45,009 nucleotides of DNA from a virus (Duplodnaviria > Caudoviricetes), in IMG/VR virus record IMGVR_UViG_3300008255_000193, positions 1-45,009 of that record; one strand, given 5' to 3'. How positions within the stretch are numbered: position 1 is the stretch's first letter; each line of letters starts with the position of its first letter. Positions 28,348 through 36,252 of the stretch are shown in pieces. Both the position numbers and the translations under genes were made by a program. Under the pieces are notes generated by a model that saw nothing but the letters and a program-made list of their open reading frames with translations, made no database searches and was not told where the DNA came from.

Positions 28348-28623
28348 GGTAACTTTTCTCGGTAGTAAGTGTCGATTGTCGATCACTTTTTCAATCGATT
28401 CTGCACTTACTACCAATGTTACCATTTGACTTGGTAACTTTCACACATTGTGGTAACTGCACTAAGTTCCCAAGTGACTGATTTGAATACAGTATGAAAG
28501 GGAAGTTACCATGTTACCATGTTACCAATATTATTATAATAAATAAAACCTTCTTAAAAAAGCAGTATTCACCTATATTTTTATCTTTATATTCCATCCC
28601 GGATGCTTTTGGTAACGGGTAAC
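28348..28623. other. Candidate replication origin: nine GTTACC/GGTAAC hexamers plus an AT-rich tract
   Basis: Hexamers at 28348, 28418, 28433, 28452, 28505, 28513, 28521, 28611 and 28618; AT-rich 28527-28592; abuts the primase-helicase stop. Confidence 0.65.
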
Positions 28624-30797
28624 TAGCTCGCTTTTGTCTTGTACCGGGCACTTTGTGCGGCTTCCATGAAGACCTCTTGAGCGTCAATTGCATCGAACAA
28701 GTCAGTCGGTTTTGCGTCGTACCAAGCGCTGTCGTGTCTTATATGGTATAACCGGGACTTCGTCAGCAATTTTTCTCCGTCACGACGAATTATTTTTTTA
28801 TTGATTGGCGCCCAACCGTTCTTCTTCAACCACACTTTGATCGCCTTCTTAGAGTAATTGACATCATGTTGCTGAAGATCTTTCATCAACATGTCGGGAG
28901 TTATGAACTCATGCGAAAAAGACTCTGCGCATTGCTCAGCCAAATCGCCTAACGTCGTCTCCAAGTCATCATTCGTAAGTTCGATCATGTTGTAGAACGC
29001 CTGTGTCCGCTCTGTAACTACGCCCTTGTTGAACCCACTCAAATCAATTTGCATAAGATACTCCATAACTGCGTTCGCGTGCATCTCGTCCTCCACGACT
29101 GCAGCGATTATCGAATCGAACTCTTTTTTTGTAAGACTGCTTTCCATCGACTTCTTGCATTCAATAACATAGAAACGTCGTTCAGCCTTGTCGAACTTCA
29201 TAGCGTCAGGGTGATTCGTGTTCATGATGATCGACCACAGGTTCGGGTGAAAGACCTTCGACTCTTTCTTTGGATTCAGCAATGTGAGCGCGTTACTTTC
29301 AGACGCAGTCTTTTGCTTCATCGACTCAAGTGCCGACCCACGCAATCCTTTGACTTCGTTGACTACGACCATCTTCGTCCTGACAAAGCCATCGTCGTAG
29401 TCAGACTTGATGTCTTTGTCACCAACGATCGCATATGCAGAACCGAAGATCCTCGAGATCGGCGTCAAGAACAAATCCTTCCCAGCACCTTGGATGCCGT
29501 GGAACACAAGTCCCCAGTTGCATTTGAGATGCGGAAACTGCACGTCGTAGGCGAGCCGTTGCAGCACCACGTCCAAAGTCTTCTGATCGCCGCAGAGGTG
29601 CAACCCAAGCCGCAGCCACGCGCTCACGTCTCCTGGGATCGGCACAGCAGCAAAGCCTCGCCATGTGTTGACCAACCTTGAGCCTTCGTAGTCGATGAAC
29701 TGCATCTCCTCTTCTTTGCCAAATGGAGTCGGCATCCAGACGAAGTCGTTCGCAACCTGGAATTGCGGATGATCCGCAAGGATCGACGACAACAATGGTC
29801 GTTGGCCTCGTCCTCCGGGAAAGTCGCGTTTGTACGTCATGTTCAACGACTCTTTGGCCATCACGGTTCGCGTCTTCAGGTCGTAGAACTTGCCAACAGA
29901 GTTCACGAACACAAAGCGCTTGACGTACGTGCCCATTTCACGCATCTCGTCAGCCAACCCGTCTCTCGCCCTGTTCACCTTCTCAACAACGACCTCATCG
30001 TCAAGTGGCGGATCGAAGCGTTCCTCGTTCACCTGGCGAGCCATCTCCAAAGCCTCCTCGTACGAACGTCCTCGTGCAAAGAGACTCCAACAATACGCGT
30101 GCATCGTGTTGTCTCGCGCTCCCTCACCGACCCGTTCAGGAAGCGCAAAGGGTGCTACGGTCGCAGTTGAAGCAGTAACTGAGTCATAGGGGAACGCCGC
30201 GATCAGGTCTTCGACCAACTGCTGGTCCTGCTTGATCGTCAAGACCTCGTGCCCATTGATCATGTTGCCAGTCATCGCGCAAAACCTGTTGGACGCGTAG
30301 ATCTCAATTTCACCTGAGGTCGGCTTGTGAGCCTTCATGATGTTCGCCTTCACAAACACATGCACTCCCTTACCAGACTGGGAGTGCTCAGTGAAACTGT
30401 CATGCTTGATATACTTTAGTCGAGGATCGTCAACCTTGAGCTTGTCGAAGTCGATGAAGACGAACGGATCGTCCTTCGTGAAGACAAATCCAACACCATG
30501 AATCAATTCGCAGGAGTTATAGCGAGCCAACGCTTCGTCATAAGTGCACTGCCCTTGAGGCGAGTTCCACTTTGCCTTACGTAACTGGTTGCCATGAATG
30601 TAGACCGGAAGTTTTCCGATGGTTGGCGTCCCATGATTGTCGTGCTCGATGCTCGACCATGTAACCCATTGTCGGTACTCTTTCAGTTCGGCAGGGATGC
30701 CGTCTGCGTTGAACTTTGCTTTTACGTCTAGAAGTTTGAGAATGCCTGGTCCCAAGACATACCCGTTGGTAGCCGTGGCAGAAGAAAAACTTGTCAT
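28623..30797 (-). CDS. Primase-polymerase/helicase (NrS-1-like PrimPol + PriCT + SF3/DUF5906 helicase)
   Basis: IPAELK..RQWV.W, GVGFVF...FIDFD, TEHSQSGKGVH, EIYA..RF..MTG; GEGARDN..PPL; Walker A GIQGAGKD. Confidence 0.92.
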   Translation of the reverse strand: MTSFSSATATNGYVLGPGILKLLDVKAKFNADGIPAELKEYRQWVTWSSIEHDNHGTPTIGKLPVYIHGNQLRKAKWNSPQGQCTYDEALARYNSCELIHGVGFVFTKDDPFVFIDFDKLKVDDPRLKYIKHDSFTEHSQSGKGVHVFVKANIMKAHKPTSGEIEIYASNRFCAMTGNMINGHEVLTIKQDQQLVEDLIAAFPYDSVTASTATVAPFALPERVGEGARDNTMHAYCWSLFARGRSYEEALEMARQVNEERFDPPLDDEVVVEKVNRARDGLADEMREMGTYVKRFVFVNSVGKFYDLKTRTVMAKESLNMTYKRDFPGGRGQRPLLSSILADHPQFQVANDFVWMPTPFGKEEEMQFIDYEGSRLVNTWRGFAAVPIPGDVSAWLRLGLHLCGDQKTLDVVLQRLAYDVQFPHLKCNWGLVFHGIQGAGKDLFLTPISRIFGSAYAIVGDKDIKSDYDDGFVRTKMVVVNEVKGLRGSALESMKQKTASESNALTLLNPKKESKVFHPNLWSIIMNTNHPDAMKFDKAERRFYVIECKKSMESSLTKKEFDSIIAAVVEDEMHANAVMEYLMQIDLSGFNKGVVTERTQAFYNMIELTNDDLETTLGDLAEQCAESFSHEFITPDMLMKDLQQHDVNYSKKAIKVWLKKNGWAPINKKIIRRDGEKLLTKSRLYHIRHDSAWYDAKPTDLFDAIDAQEVFMEAAQSARYKTKAS

Positions 30798-30816
30798 GCG
30801 GTGTCCTCCAAGCTAA

Positions 30817-30845
30817 TGTACATTGACTCTAAAATATGTTATGAT
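30817..30845 (+). promoter_or_regulatory. sigma70-like promoter TGTACA-N17-TATGAT facing a region with no plus-strand gene
   Basis: Same architecture as the five TGTACT-N17-TAHGAT promoters. Confidence 0.65.
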
Positions 30846-30851
30846 AATATT

Positions 30852-30927
30852 TTAGAGCGCAGACTCATTGCTACGCTCTCTCCTTGTAGAGCAACGGCCC
30901 GCTATTAAATAGTCGGGCCGTTCTTTT
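30852..30927 (+). ncRNA. Candidate ~75-nt antisense/small RNA (two hairpins, anti-SD segment)
   Basis: Bounded by the promoter at 30817-30845 and a plus-strand terminator; hairpin agagcgcag/ctacgctct; contains CTCCTTGTAGAG. Confidence 0.55.
30893..30927 (+). terminator. Rho-independent terminator on the plus strand
   Basis: aacggcccg(ctattaaatagt)cgggccgtt followed by CTTTT; a T-tract exists only in the plus orientation. Confidence 0.7.
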
Positions 30928-31219
30928 ATACAAGGACTCTGACGAATGCAACAGCTTGGCGGTCGATGATGAGCTGCCCAGTGCCTTTTGCGTTTAGTAT
31001 TCTTGTTGGGATCGTTGATTCATCTGTGCAGACAAGCTCATGCGCTTGCTCCATGACGAGAAGCCCGTTCGTGTAGGACTTGAGTAGGCCTTCGATGTAG
31101 ATACGATTCTTAAGATAGACGAGAACACTCTCACCCTCCAGTTTGCTGAATGGTGATTGCGTCTTAGGCTTAACAACTTTTGTTTGTAAGTCATTTCGCA
31201 GTCTCCTTGTGTCGTTCAT
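30926..31219 (-). CDS. Sm/LSm (Hfq-like) fold protein
   Basis: FSKLEGESVLVYLKNRIYIEGLLKSY...LVMEQAHE (Sm1-like) and GQLIIDRQAVAFV (Sm2-like); AAGGAGG RBS. Confidence 0.6.
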   Translation of the reverse strand: MNDTRRLRNDLQTKVVKPKTQSPFSKLEGESVLVYLKNRIYIEGLLKSYTNGLLVMEQAHELVCTDESTIPTRILNAKGTGQLIIDRQAVAFVRVLV

Positions 31220-31469
31220 AAGTTCCTCCTTGTAGAGAACTAGCTTGATTGCTAGATGTATATTTTATCTCTTTTTTGGTAACAAAGGAATAACGAAGTA
31301 AACTTAGTTTCAAGACGGTCAAAAGTGATCTCATGGACTTTAGACTTTTTGATCAAAGAAGTGCCTCCAGAAGTACATATCTAAGCGTTTGAGCTCTCCA
31401 GAAGGCCCTCCCAGAGCTGAAAAGCAGCCTATTTGCCGTCCAGAAGGTCATTTTGAGACTGCGCGCCCA

Positions 31470-31533
31470 GAAACGGATTACGACGTTGACTTCTGGTGCA
31501 CTCAGATGGCTTTACCTAAAGGATCCTATAGGC
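31470..31533 (+). repeat. Dispersed ~65-bp palindromic element, copy 4 (degenerate)
   Basis: gaaacggattacgacgttgacttctggt...tacctaaaggatcctataggc keeps both halves and their spacing. Confidence 0.7.
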
Positions 31534-31578
31534 ACTCCGGGAGGCGCTACCACAAAAAAAGTGCTGCACATGCAACAA

Positions 31579-31612
31579 AAGTGTGTACTTAAAGTGTGTA
31601 CTTTGGTATGAT
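31579..31612 (+). promoter_or_regulatory. Early promoter P1: TGTACT(31584)-N17-TATGAT(31607)
   Basis: Motif repeated five times upstream of plus-strand gene blocks. Confidence 0.8.
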
Positions 31613-31654
31613 GCGCATGTACGGAAATTCAACCTGCGCTCACGGAGACGAACG

Positions 31655-32086
31655 ATGCACACGATGATCAAAGCACCAGCTAGCTTCGCCGCAATCAAAG
31701 CAGACGCTTCGAAGTTCAACGAGCGCAACGACTGCTCGATCAAAGCTGTGGCGTTCGCCTGCAACGTTGACTATCTGACCGCTCACGATGCACTACGTCG
31801 TGCCGGTCGTCGCAATCGTCAAGGCGCAACAACTACGACGATTCATCGTGCTGTCGCCGATCTCGGCTTCGTCGTCCAAGAGCTTAAGCGGCCTCGCTAC
31901 TCGAACGACGTCTATCGCCTCGACGCACATCGCAATGTCAAGACGATGCGCCACGCTGGATGCATTCTGAACAACGGAGTCTTTATCAAGCAGCCACATC
32001 CGAGCAAAACAATCGTCTGGCGTAAGGAGGTCAAATGCGACGATTTAGCAAAGGCTCTAAACGGGCAATCTTCGTTGCAATTGTAG
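31655..32086 (+). CDS. Conserved phage early protein with an ExNDC motif (possibly C39/papain-like fold)
   Basis: ERNDCSIKAVAFAC.VDY..AH; GGAG RBS; first gene after P1. Confidence 0.6.
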   Translation: MHTMIKAPASFAAIKADASKFNERNDCSIKAVAFACNVDYLTAHDALRRAGRRNRQGATTTTIHRAVADLGFVVQELKRPRYSNDVYRLDAHRNVKTMRHAGCILNNGVFIKQPHPSKTIVWRKEVKCDDLAKALNGQSSLQL

Positions 32087-32136
32087 TCTATGTCGCTGTC
32101 ATTGCGCTGCTCGTCTACAAGATCTTTTTCAAGTAA
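32035..32136 (+). CDS. 33-aa single-TM membrane peptide (below the ORF-track cut-off)
   Basis: TAAGGAGGT RBS; MRRFSKGSKRAIFVAIVVYVAVIALLVYKIFFK. Confidence 0.7.
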   Translation: MRRFSKGSKRAIFVAIVVYVAVIALLVYKIFFK

Positions 32137-32145
32137 GGAGTTGAC

Positions 32146-32370
32146 ATGAACAAGCTCATTAGCAAACCAGAGGTCGGTGACATGATCCACTATTTGCCGG
32201 GCTGCTCAGATGCGAAGCCCGAGAACGGCATCATCAAAGAAGCTCGTCCTGAAGTTGATGCCGCAGTCTGGGTCGTCTACCACTGCAACAGCGAATGGCA
32301 TCGCTACAAAGAGTACACTGGGCAAAAGCCAATGCTGCGTGATCTCAGAGAAGGGTGGGCACAGTTATGA
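32146..32370 (+). CDS. Hypothetical early protein
   Basis: TAAGGAG RBS; 74 aa, SH3-like beta pattern. Confidence 0.7.
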   Translation: MNKLISKPEVGDMIHYLPGCSDAKPENGIIKEARPEVDAAVWVVYHCNSEWHRYKEYTGQKPMLRDLREGWAQL

Positions 32371-32603
32371 ACTATACTCACTTGCAAGGCGCGGAAGACG
32401 TCAGTCGTGCTGGGCACAACATCCAGTCTGCTGCCAACAACATGCAGTCAGCAGCAAACACAATTGACTTCGCGTTGTCGCAGTTCGTCCAGCGGTTCAC
32501 CGAGCAGGTCGACCGCTTAGAGCGCATGATGGAGGAACGCAAGCCGCAACTCGAAAAAGCGCCGAAAGCGAAAATAAGTGTGTACTTAAAGTCCATACTT
32601 TGA
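32367..32603 (+). CDS. Hypothetical early protein (helical)
   Basis: ATGA overlap; GAEDVSRAGHNIQSAANNMQSAA internal repeat. Confidence 0.7.
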   Translation: MNYTHLQGAEDVSRAGHNIQSAANNMQSAANTIDFALSQFVQRFTEQVDRLERMMEERKPQLEKAPKAKISVYLKSIL

Positions 32604-32609
32604 TACGAT
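32576..32609 (+). promoter_or_regulatory. Early promoter P2: TGTACT(32581)-N17-TACGAT(32604) with an overlapping dyad
   Basis: aagtgtgtact-taa-agtccatactt; the downstream leader (catgta..gaaattcaac-like) is shared with P1. Confidence 0.8.
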
Positions 32610-32658
32610 GACCATGTAAGAAAATTCAACTTCGACCCCTAAGCTCACGGAGGCTCAC

Positions 32659-32832
32659 ATGGCAGGCATCATCGAAACTTTCAAACTCGACATGGCAGAC
32701 GAACACGACGTAACTTTTGCAGAAGCTGGCGAGATCATCTCGATGATCGTCAACGTGCAGAAGGAGCTTCAGTGCAATGTCGCTCGTCAGCGCATCATCA
32801 TTCGCAAGTCGCTCGACCAGGGGGCACGATGA
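32659..32832 (+). CDS. 57-aa hypothetical protein (not in the ORF track)
   Basis: GGAGG RBS after P2; MAGIIETFKLDMADEHDVTFAEAGEII... Confidence 0.7.
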   Translation: MAGIIETFKLDMADEHDVTFAEAGEIISMIVNVQKELQCNVARQRIIIRKSLDQGAR

Positions 32833-32915
32833 CCGCAGAACAGCTGATGCCACTTTTCGTCTACTGCTGCATCGCAGTGATGATCTTCAAATCTTTGCGT
32901 GGAGGCAAACGATGA
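32829..32915 (+). CDS. 28-aa hydrophobic peptide
   Basis: ATGA overlaps at both ends; MTAEQLMPLFVYCCIAVMIFKSLRGGKR. Confidence 0.5.
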   Translation: MTAEQLMPLFVYCCIAVMIFKSLRGGKR

Positions 32916-33102
32916 GTCTCAAACAAAAATGCACGCTAGTCAAGAGCCAGTCAACAGAGTCGATAACGGCACGCTTCCTCTGGGTACGATGTCAACGTCG
33001 AAGATTGCTCAACGTCGAAGACGTGCGAAGGCGGTGGTTGCAACGAAAAAATGCGGCTCGGCGGAGACGCTGGCATTACTCAAAGCTCTGATAGGAGACG
33101 TC

Positions 33103-33320
33103 ATGATCAAACGAAAAACGCAAAAGTCGTCGCAAGGTACAACGCTGCTGTCGAAGCATTGGACAAGACGCAGGGTTGCTCGACTTGTGAACACAACAGT
33201 CTACGTGCAGGAGACGAACCTTGTAGCTCTTGCTACGACTCAATGATCGGGATTCCAAAATCAACCCGACGAAGTTCAAGCGCGCACTCAAGCGCTAAGG
33301 AGAAACGCAATGACATCTAA
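33103..33320 (+). pseudogene. Probable small CxxC...CxxC zinc-binding protein broken by a 1-nt shift in an A5 run
   Basis: GGAG RBS + ATG 33103 (MIKRK); adding one A at 33114-33118 joins it to NAKVVARYNAAVEAL...CSTC...CSSC; an alternative intact start exists at ATG 33051. Confidence 0.4.
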
Positions 33321-33717
33321 GCTCGCAAAACCCGCAAAAGCAAAGCTGCCTGAGTCGCTGCAAGCGATTCGCAATCTCATCAAAGAGCGCAACAAGACGC
33401 TCTACGAGCTTGCGCAGCAAGATCTCCCGTCAACGCATCTCAAGAAGATGCTCGCTCGCAAAGAGTTCAAGAACTCGATCTTCGTTCGACGAGATTACGA
33501 CCTTCGTGCTTGTCTTGAAGAGAAGGCGACTGCCTGCCACGTCTACGCAAGCTGGACAGCATTCGTCAATCGAGCTGGCACCCTTGTGCATGTGCTACCG
33601 CAAGAAGGCGACTGGCACATTCGTATCCCGCTCTACTTTAGCGCAAAGAACAGCACTGACAAGCACATCGAAAAGCTCATCCTTGCGAAGCTTGCAGGAC
33701 GAGTTTCGCAATGCTGA
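33310..33717 (+). CDS. Hypothetical early protein
   Basis: TAAGGAG RBS; codon usage typical of this genome. Confidence 0.75.
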   Translation: MTSKLAKPAKAKLPESLQAIRNLIKERNKTLYELAQQDLPSTHLKKMLARKEFKNSIFVRRDYDLRACLEEKATACHVYASWTAFVNRAGTLVHVLPQEGDWHIRIPLYFSAKNSTDKHIEKLILAKLAGRVSQC

Positions 33718-33845
33718 AGATGCTCTTCGTCGCAATCGTAATTTGGAGCATCATCGCCTGCAGCTGGCCTCAGGCAACTAGTCGAGTCAAGTTCGACTCG
33801 CAGAAGTGCTTTTTCTCGCAGTACACTACAAGGAGCTCAAAATGA
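33711..33845 (+). CDS. 44-aa membrane peptide or possible lipoprotein
   Basis: MLKMLFVAIVIWSIIAC has an IIAC lipobox-like end; overlaps both neighbours (ATGA). Confidence 0.5.
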   Translation: MLKMLFVAIVIWSIIACSWPQATSRVKFDSQKCFFSQYTTRSSK

Positions 33846-34327
33846 ACAACTTACCGGAAGTCGTCAAAGAACGCGCAGGTTTTCAGATCATCGAGGTCAA
33901 TGGCGTCAAAATGGAAGTCGATCTTCGTCAAGCAAAAGTCGTTGAGCAGTACCGTGTCGGCGACAACGTCAAGGTCCTCATCAAAGAGTACCAGTCGTAC
34001 AAGTCGTACCCAGGTGTGATCATCGGGTTCGACACTTTTGAGAAGCTGCCAACGATCAACATCATGTACGTCAAGACGAACTACTCGGCAGCAGAACTCA
34101 TTGTCGTCAACTTCAATGCGAAGTCTGAAGACGTCGAGATCGCACCGATGCATGACTACGACAAGCTCGATCGTGCAGACATCGTCGGCATCCTCAATCG
34201 TGACATCGAAAAGAAGCGCGCTGAACTGCACGAGATGGAGTCGAAGAAAGCGTACTTCCTACAGCACTTCGACAAAAAGCTGTCTAGCGTCATTTTAATC
34301 AACGACACAGAAGCTGGTTTGTCGTGA
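33842..34327 (+). CDS. Conserved phage hypothetical protein (KOW/SH3-like region plus coiled coil)
   Basis: AAGGAG RBS at ATG 33842; YRVGDNVKVLIK...PGVIIGF. Confidence 0.75.
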   Translation: MNNLPEVVKERAGFQIIEVNGVKMEVDLRQAKVVEQYRVGDNVKVLIKEYQSYKSYPGVIIGFDTFEKLPTINIMYVKTNYSAAELIVVNFNAKSEDVEIAPMHDYDKLDRADIVGILNRDIEKKRAELHEMESKKAYFLQHFDKKLSSVILINDTEAGLS

Positions 34328-34509
34328 AGCTGGACAGCAAAAGCTACCTTGGCGACGGACTCTACATGGAGTTCGTCGCTCCTTACGAGATCATCGTCAC
34401 AAGCGAGAACGGCATCATGGTGCTTGATCGCGTTGTGTTCGATGAACGCATGGTGAAGCAATTCGCCCAACGTGTTGCTGACCACATTCAACAGATATCT
34501 GAGGAGTGA
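34324..34509 (+). CDS. Hypothetical protein
   Basis: GTGA overlap; YLGDGLY...TSENG motif common in small phage proteins. Confidence 0.7.
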   Translation: MKLDSKSYLGDGLYMEFVAPYEIIVTSENGIMVLDRVVFDERMVKQFAQRVADHIQQISEE

Positions 34510-34511
34510 CG

Positions 34512-34702
34512 ATGGACGTCTACACTTAAGAAAATCAGACTGGCAACTCTATGCTGCATTTGTCGAAGAAAGAATCTCAGCAGTTGATTTGCATGCTAGA
34601 AGCTGCTAGACGCTGCTAGACGCTGCTGTCAAGGCTGAACCTCGTCGAGCGACTTGGAAAAAGACGCTCAAAGAGTTCGAGAGCAAAGTCAACTGCTACT
34701 AA
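34512..34702 (+). pseudogene. Inactivated ~56-aa gene (nonsense codon plus 10-bp tandem expansion)
   Basis: GAGGAG RBS + ATG; in-frame TAA at 34527; gctagaMgct x3 at 34595-34624; removing two copies restores the frame to the stop at 34702. Confidence 0.6.
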
Positions 34703-34715
34703 CTGGAGGAGCCCA

Positions 34716-35618
34716 ATGGGAACAGCAACTAGGCAAGGCATCATGCTTGCATGTCAAGCAGACGCAAAGAACCTCTCAAATCTTGGTCGCAGAGTTTTTC
34801 TGCAGCCGAAGCTCAATGGCGAACGTTGTCGAACAGTTTGGCAAGACGGCCCTCAGCCAATCTTGCTGTCGTCGTACTGCAACTCGTATGAGAACATTCA
34901 GCACATCAACGACGAGGTTGCTCGTCTCAACAAAGAGTACTTCAAACTGACGGGCTTCAAAGATCTTCCGCTCGACGGTGAGTTGTACCGTCATGGCATG
35001 ACGTGGAGTCAAATTCGTAGCATCGCGTCGAGGTCTGTCAATGAGCACTCAGAGTCAGCTGCATTGCAATACCATATCTTCGATCTGCGATTGACAGACA
35101 TGCCACAGCACGAGCGTTTCGACCTTTTGAACGCACTCTTCAAAGACTTCAGTTCTGACGTCATCGTGCAAGTGAAGACGCTTGACATCGACTCGAAAGA
35201 AGTCTTCGTCCATTGCGAATCAATCTGCGCAAACGGGTACGAGGGTGTCATCGTTCGCGATCATCATGCTGTCTACGTCCCAGAGCGGACTCGCACTCTG
35301 CTGAAGTACAAGCCGACAGAGGAGGACACTTACAAGATCGTAGACATTCGTGAGGCGCTCGAGGGTGGCACTCGCAAAGGCAAAGGCATGGTCGGTGCGT
35401 TCTACGTTTGCTCTGACGACAACGTCAAGTTCAAGGTCAGCGCTGGTCGCATGAATCACAAAGAGCGCATTCGAATTTGGGCCATCCGCCAGCAAGTCTT
35501 CGAGTCTGGGCAACTGCTACTTGTCAGACATGAGAAGCTTCGTACGATCAACGGCGTTCCGCTGGGATGTGTAGGGCTTTCTCTTGTCGACGCAACTTAC
35601 GAGGAAAAGGCGAAATGA
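34716..35618 (+). CDS. ATP-dependent DNA ligase
   Basis: QPKLNGER (motif I), LDGELY, YHIFD, YEGVIVR and LLKYKP. Confidence 0.93.
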   Translation: MGTATRQGIMLACQADAKNLSNLGRRVFLQPKLNGERCRTVWQDGPQPILLSSYCNSYENIQHINDEVARLNKEYFKLTGFKDLPLDGELYRHGMTWSQIRSIASRSVNEHSESAALQYHIFDLRLTDMPQHERFDLLNALFKDFSSDVIVQVKTLDIDSKEVFVHCESICANGYEGVIVRDHHAVYVPERTRTLLKYKPTEEDTYKIVDIREALEGGTRKGKGMVGAFYVCSDDNVKFKVSAGRMNHKERIRIWAIRQQVFESGQLLLVRHEKLRTINGVPLGCVGLSLVDATYEEKAK

Positions 35619-35898
35619 GCGAAGAACTTAGCGAACTGCTCGCTGTGCTAAACCAACGCAGCAAGAAGAGAAGAGGGGTGCTCGGCATGCGAACGCAGAG
35701 CTGCTGTCGATTGCAAAGATCAACTTCGAAGTCAAGAACAAAGGCGCGCATTTGATCGTGCATGGCCCGACTTGCCTGATTGACTTCTGGCCAGGGACAG
35801 GTCGTTGGATTTGCAGGGACGGAGTGAATGGACGTGGTGTCCGCAACCTGCTGTATCTACTGCGCCCGTCTGACCGAGAAAAAGAGCCAGAAGCGTAA
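35615..35898 (+). pseudogene. Conserved small phage protein split by a 1-nt frameshift at a G4 run
   Basis: MSEELSELLAVLNQRSKKRR, then in the -1 frame ARHANAELL...KNKGAHLIV...IDFWPGTGRW...GRGVRNLL; adding one G at 35675-35678 fuses the two. Confidence 0.7.
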
Positions 35899-35900
35899 AT

Positions 35901-35934
35901 AAGTGTGTACTTAAGGCGCATACTTTGATAAGAT
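35901..35934 (+). promoter_or_regulatory. Early promoter P3: TGTACT(35906)-N17-TAAGAT(35929) with a dyad
   Basis: aaataagtgtgtacttaaggcgcatactttgataagatg. Confidence 0.8.
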
Positions 35935-35978
35935 GGTCTTGTACTGCTCAACCCACACTAACCCGCACGGAGGAAGTT

Positions 35979-36194
35979 ATGCTAAAAAAAGCTACTACTG
36001 AGGAGATGGTCGCAGGTGTCAAAGCTCACGCTGAGGCGAACTACGAGAAGTGGAACGTTCTCGTTGAGACTTACAGCGACGATGCGATCGTCGAGCTGAT
36101 TGGAAAGTCTCGCACTGTTGCTGGCGCGATCCGCAAAGCATGGGGCACCATCCGCGTTCACAACGCAGTTGAAGCCGACGTTCAAGGCGCGTAA
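35979..36194 (+). CDS. Conserved phage hypothetical protein
   Basis: GGAGG RBS; VKAHAEANYEKW..LVETYSD. Confidence 0.75.
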   Translation: MLKKATTEEMVAGVKAHAEANYEKWNVLVETYSDDAIVELIGKSRTVAGAIRKAWGTIRVHNAVEADVQGA

Positions 36195-36252
36195 GTTTTC
36201 TGCTCCACCCACTGAGACCCCAACGATCCCGAAGCCTACGAGGAGGCGCATT

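Noticed and set aside
28192-28425. 77-aa minus-strand ORF upstream of terS (possible HNH position)
   Set aside because: No HNH or other motif and no RBS; it overlaps the iteron-like non-coding region
34512-34702. In-frame TAA as evidence of stop-codon recoding
   Set aside because: TAA terminates many intact genes here, no suppressor tRNA was seen, and the same gene has a second lesion
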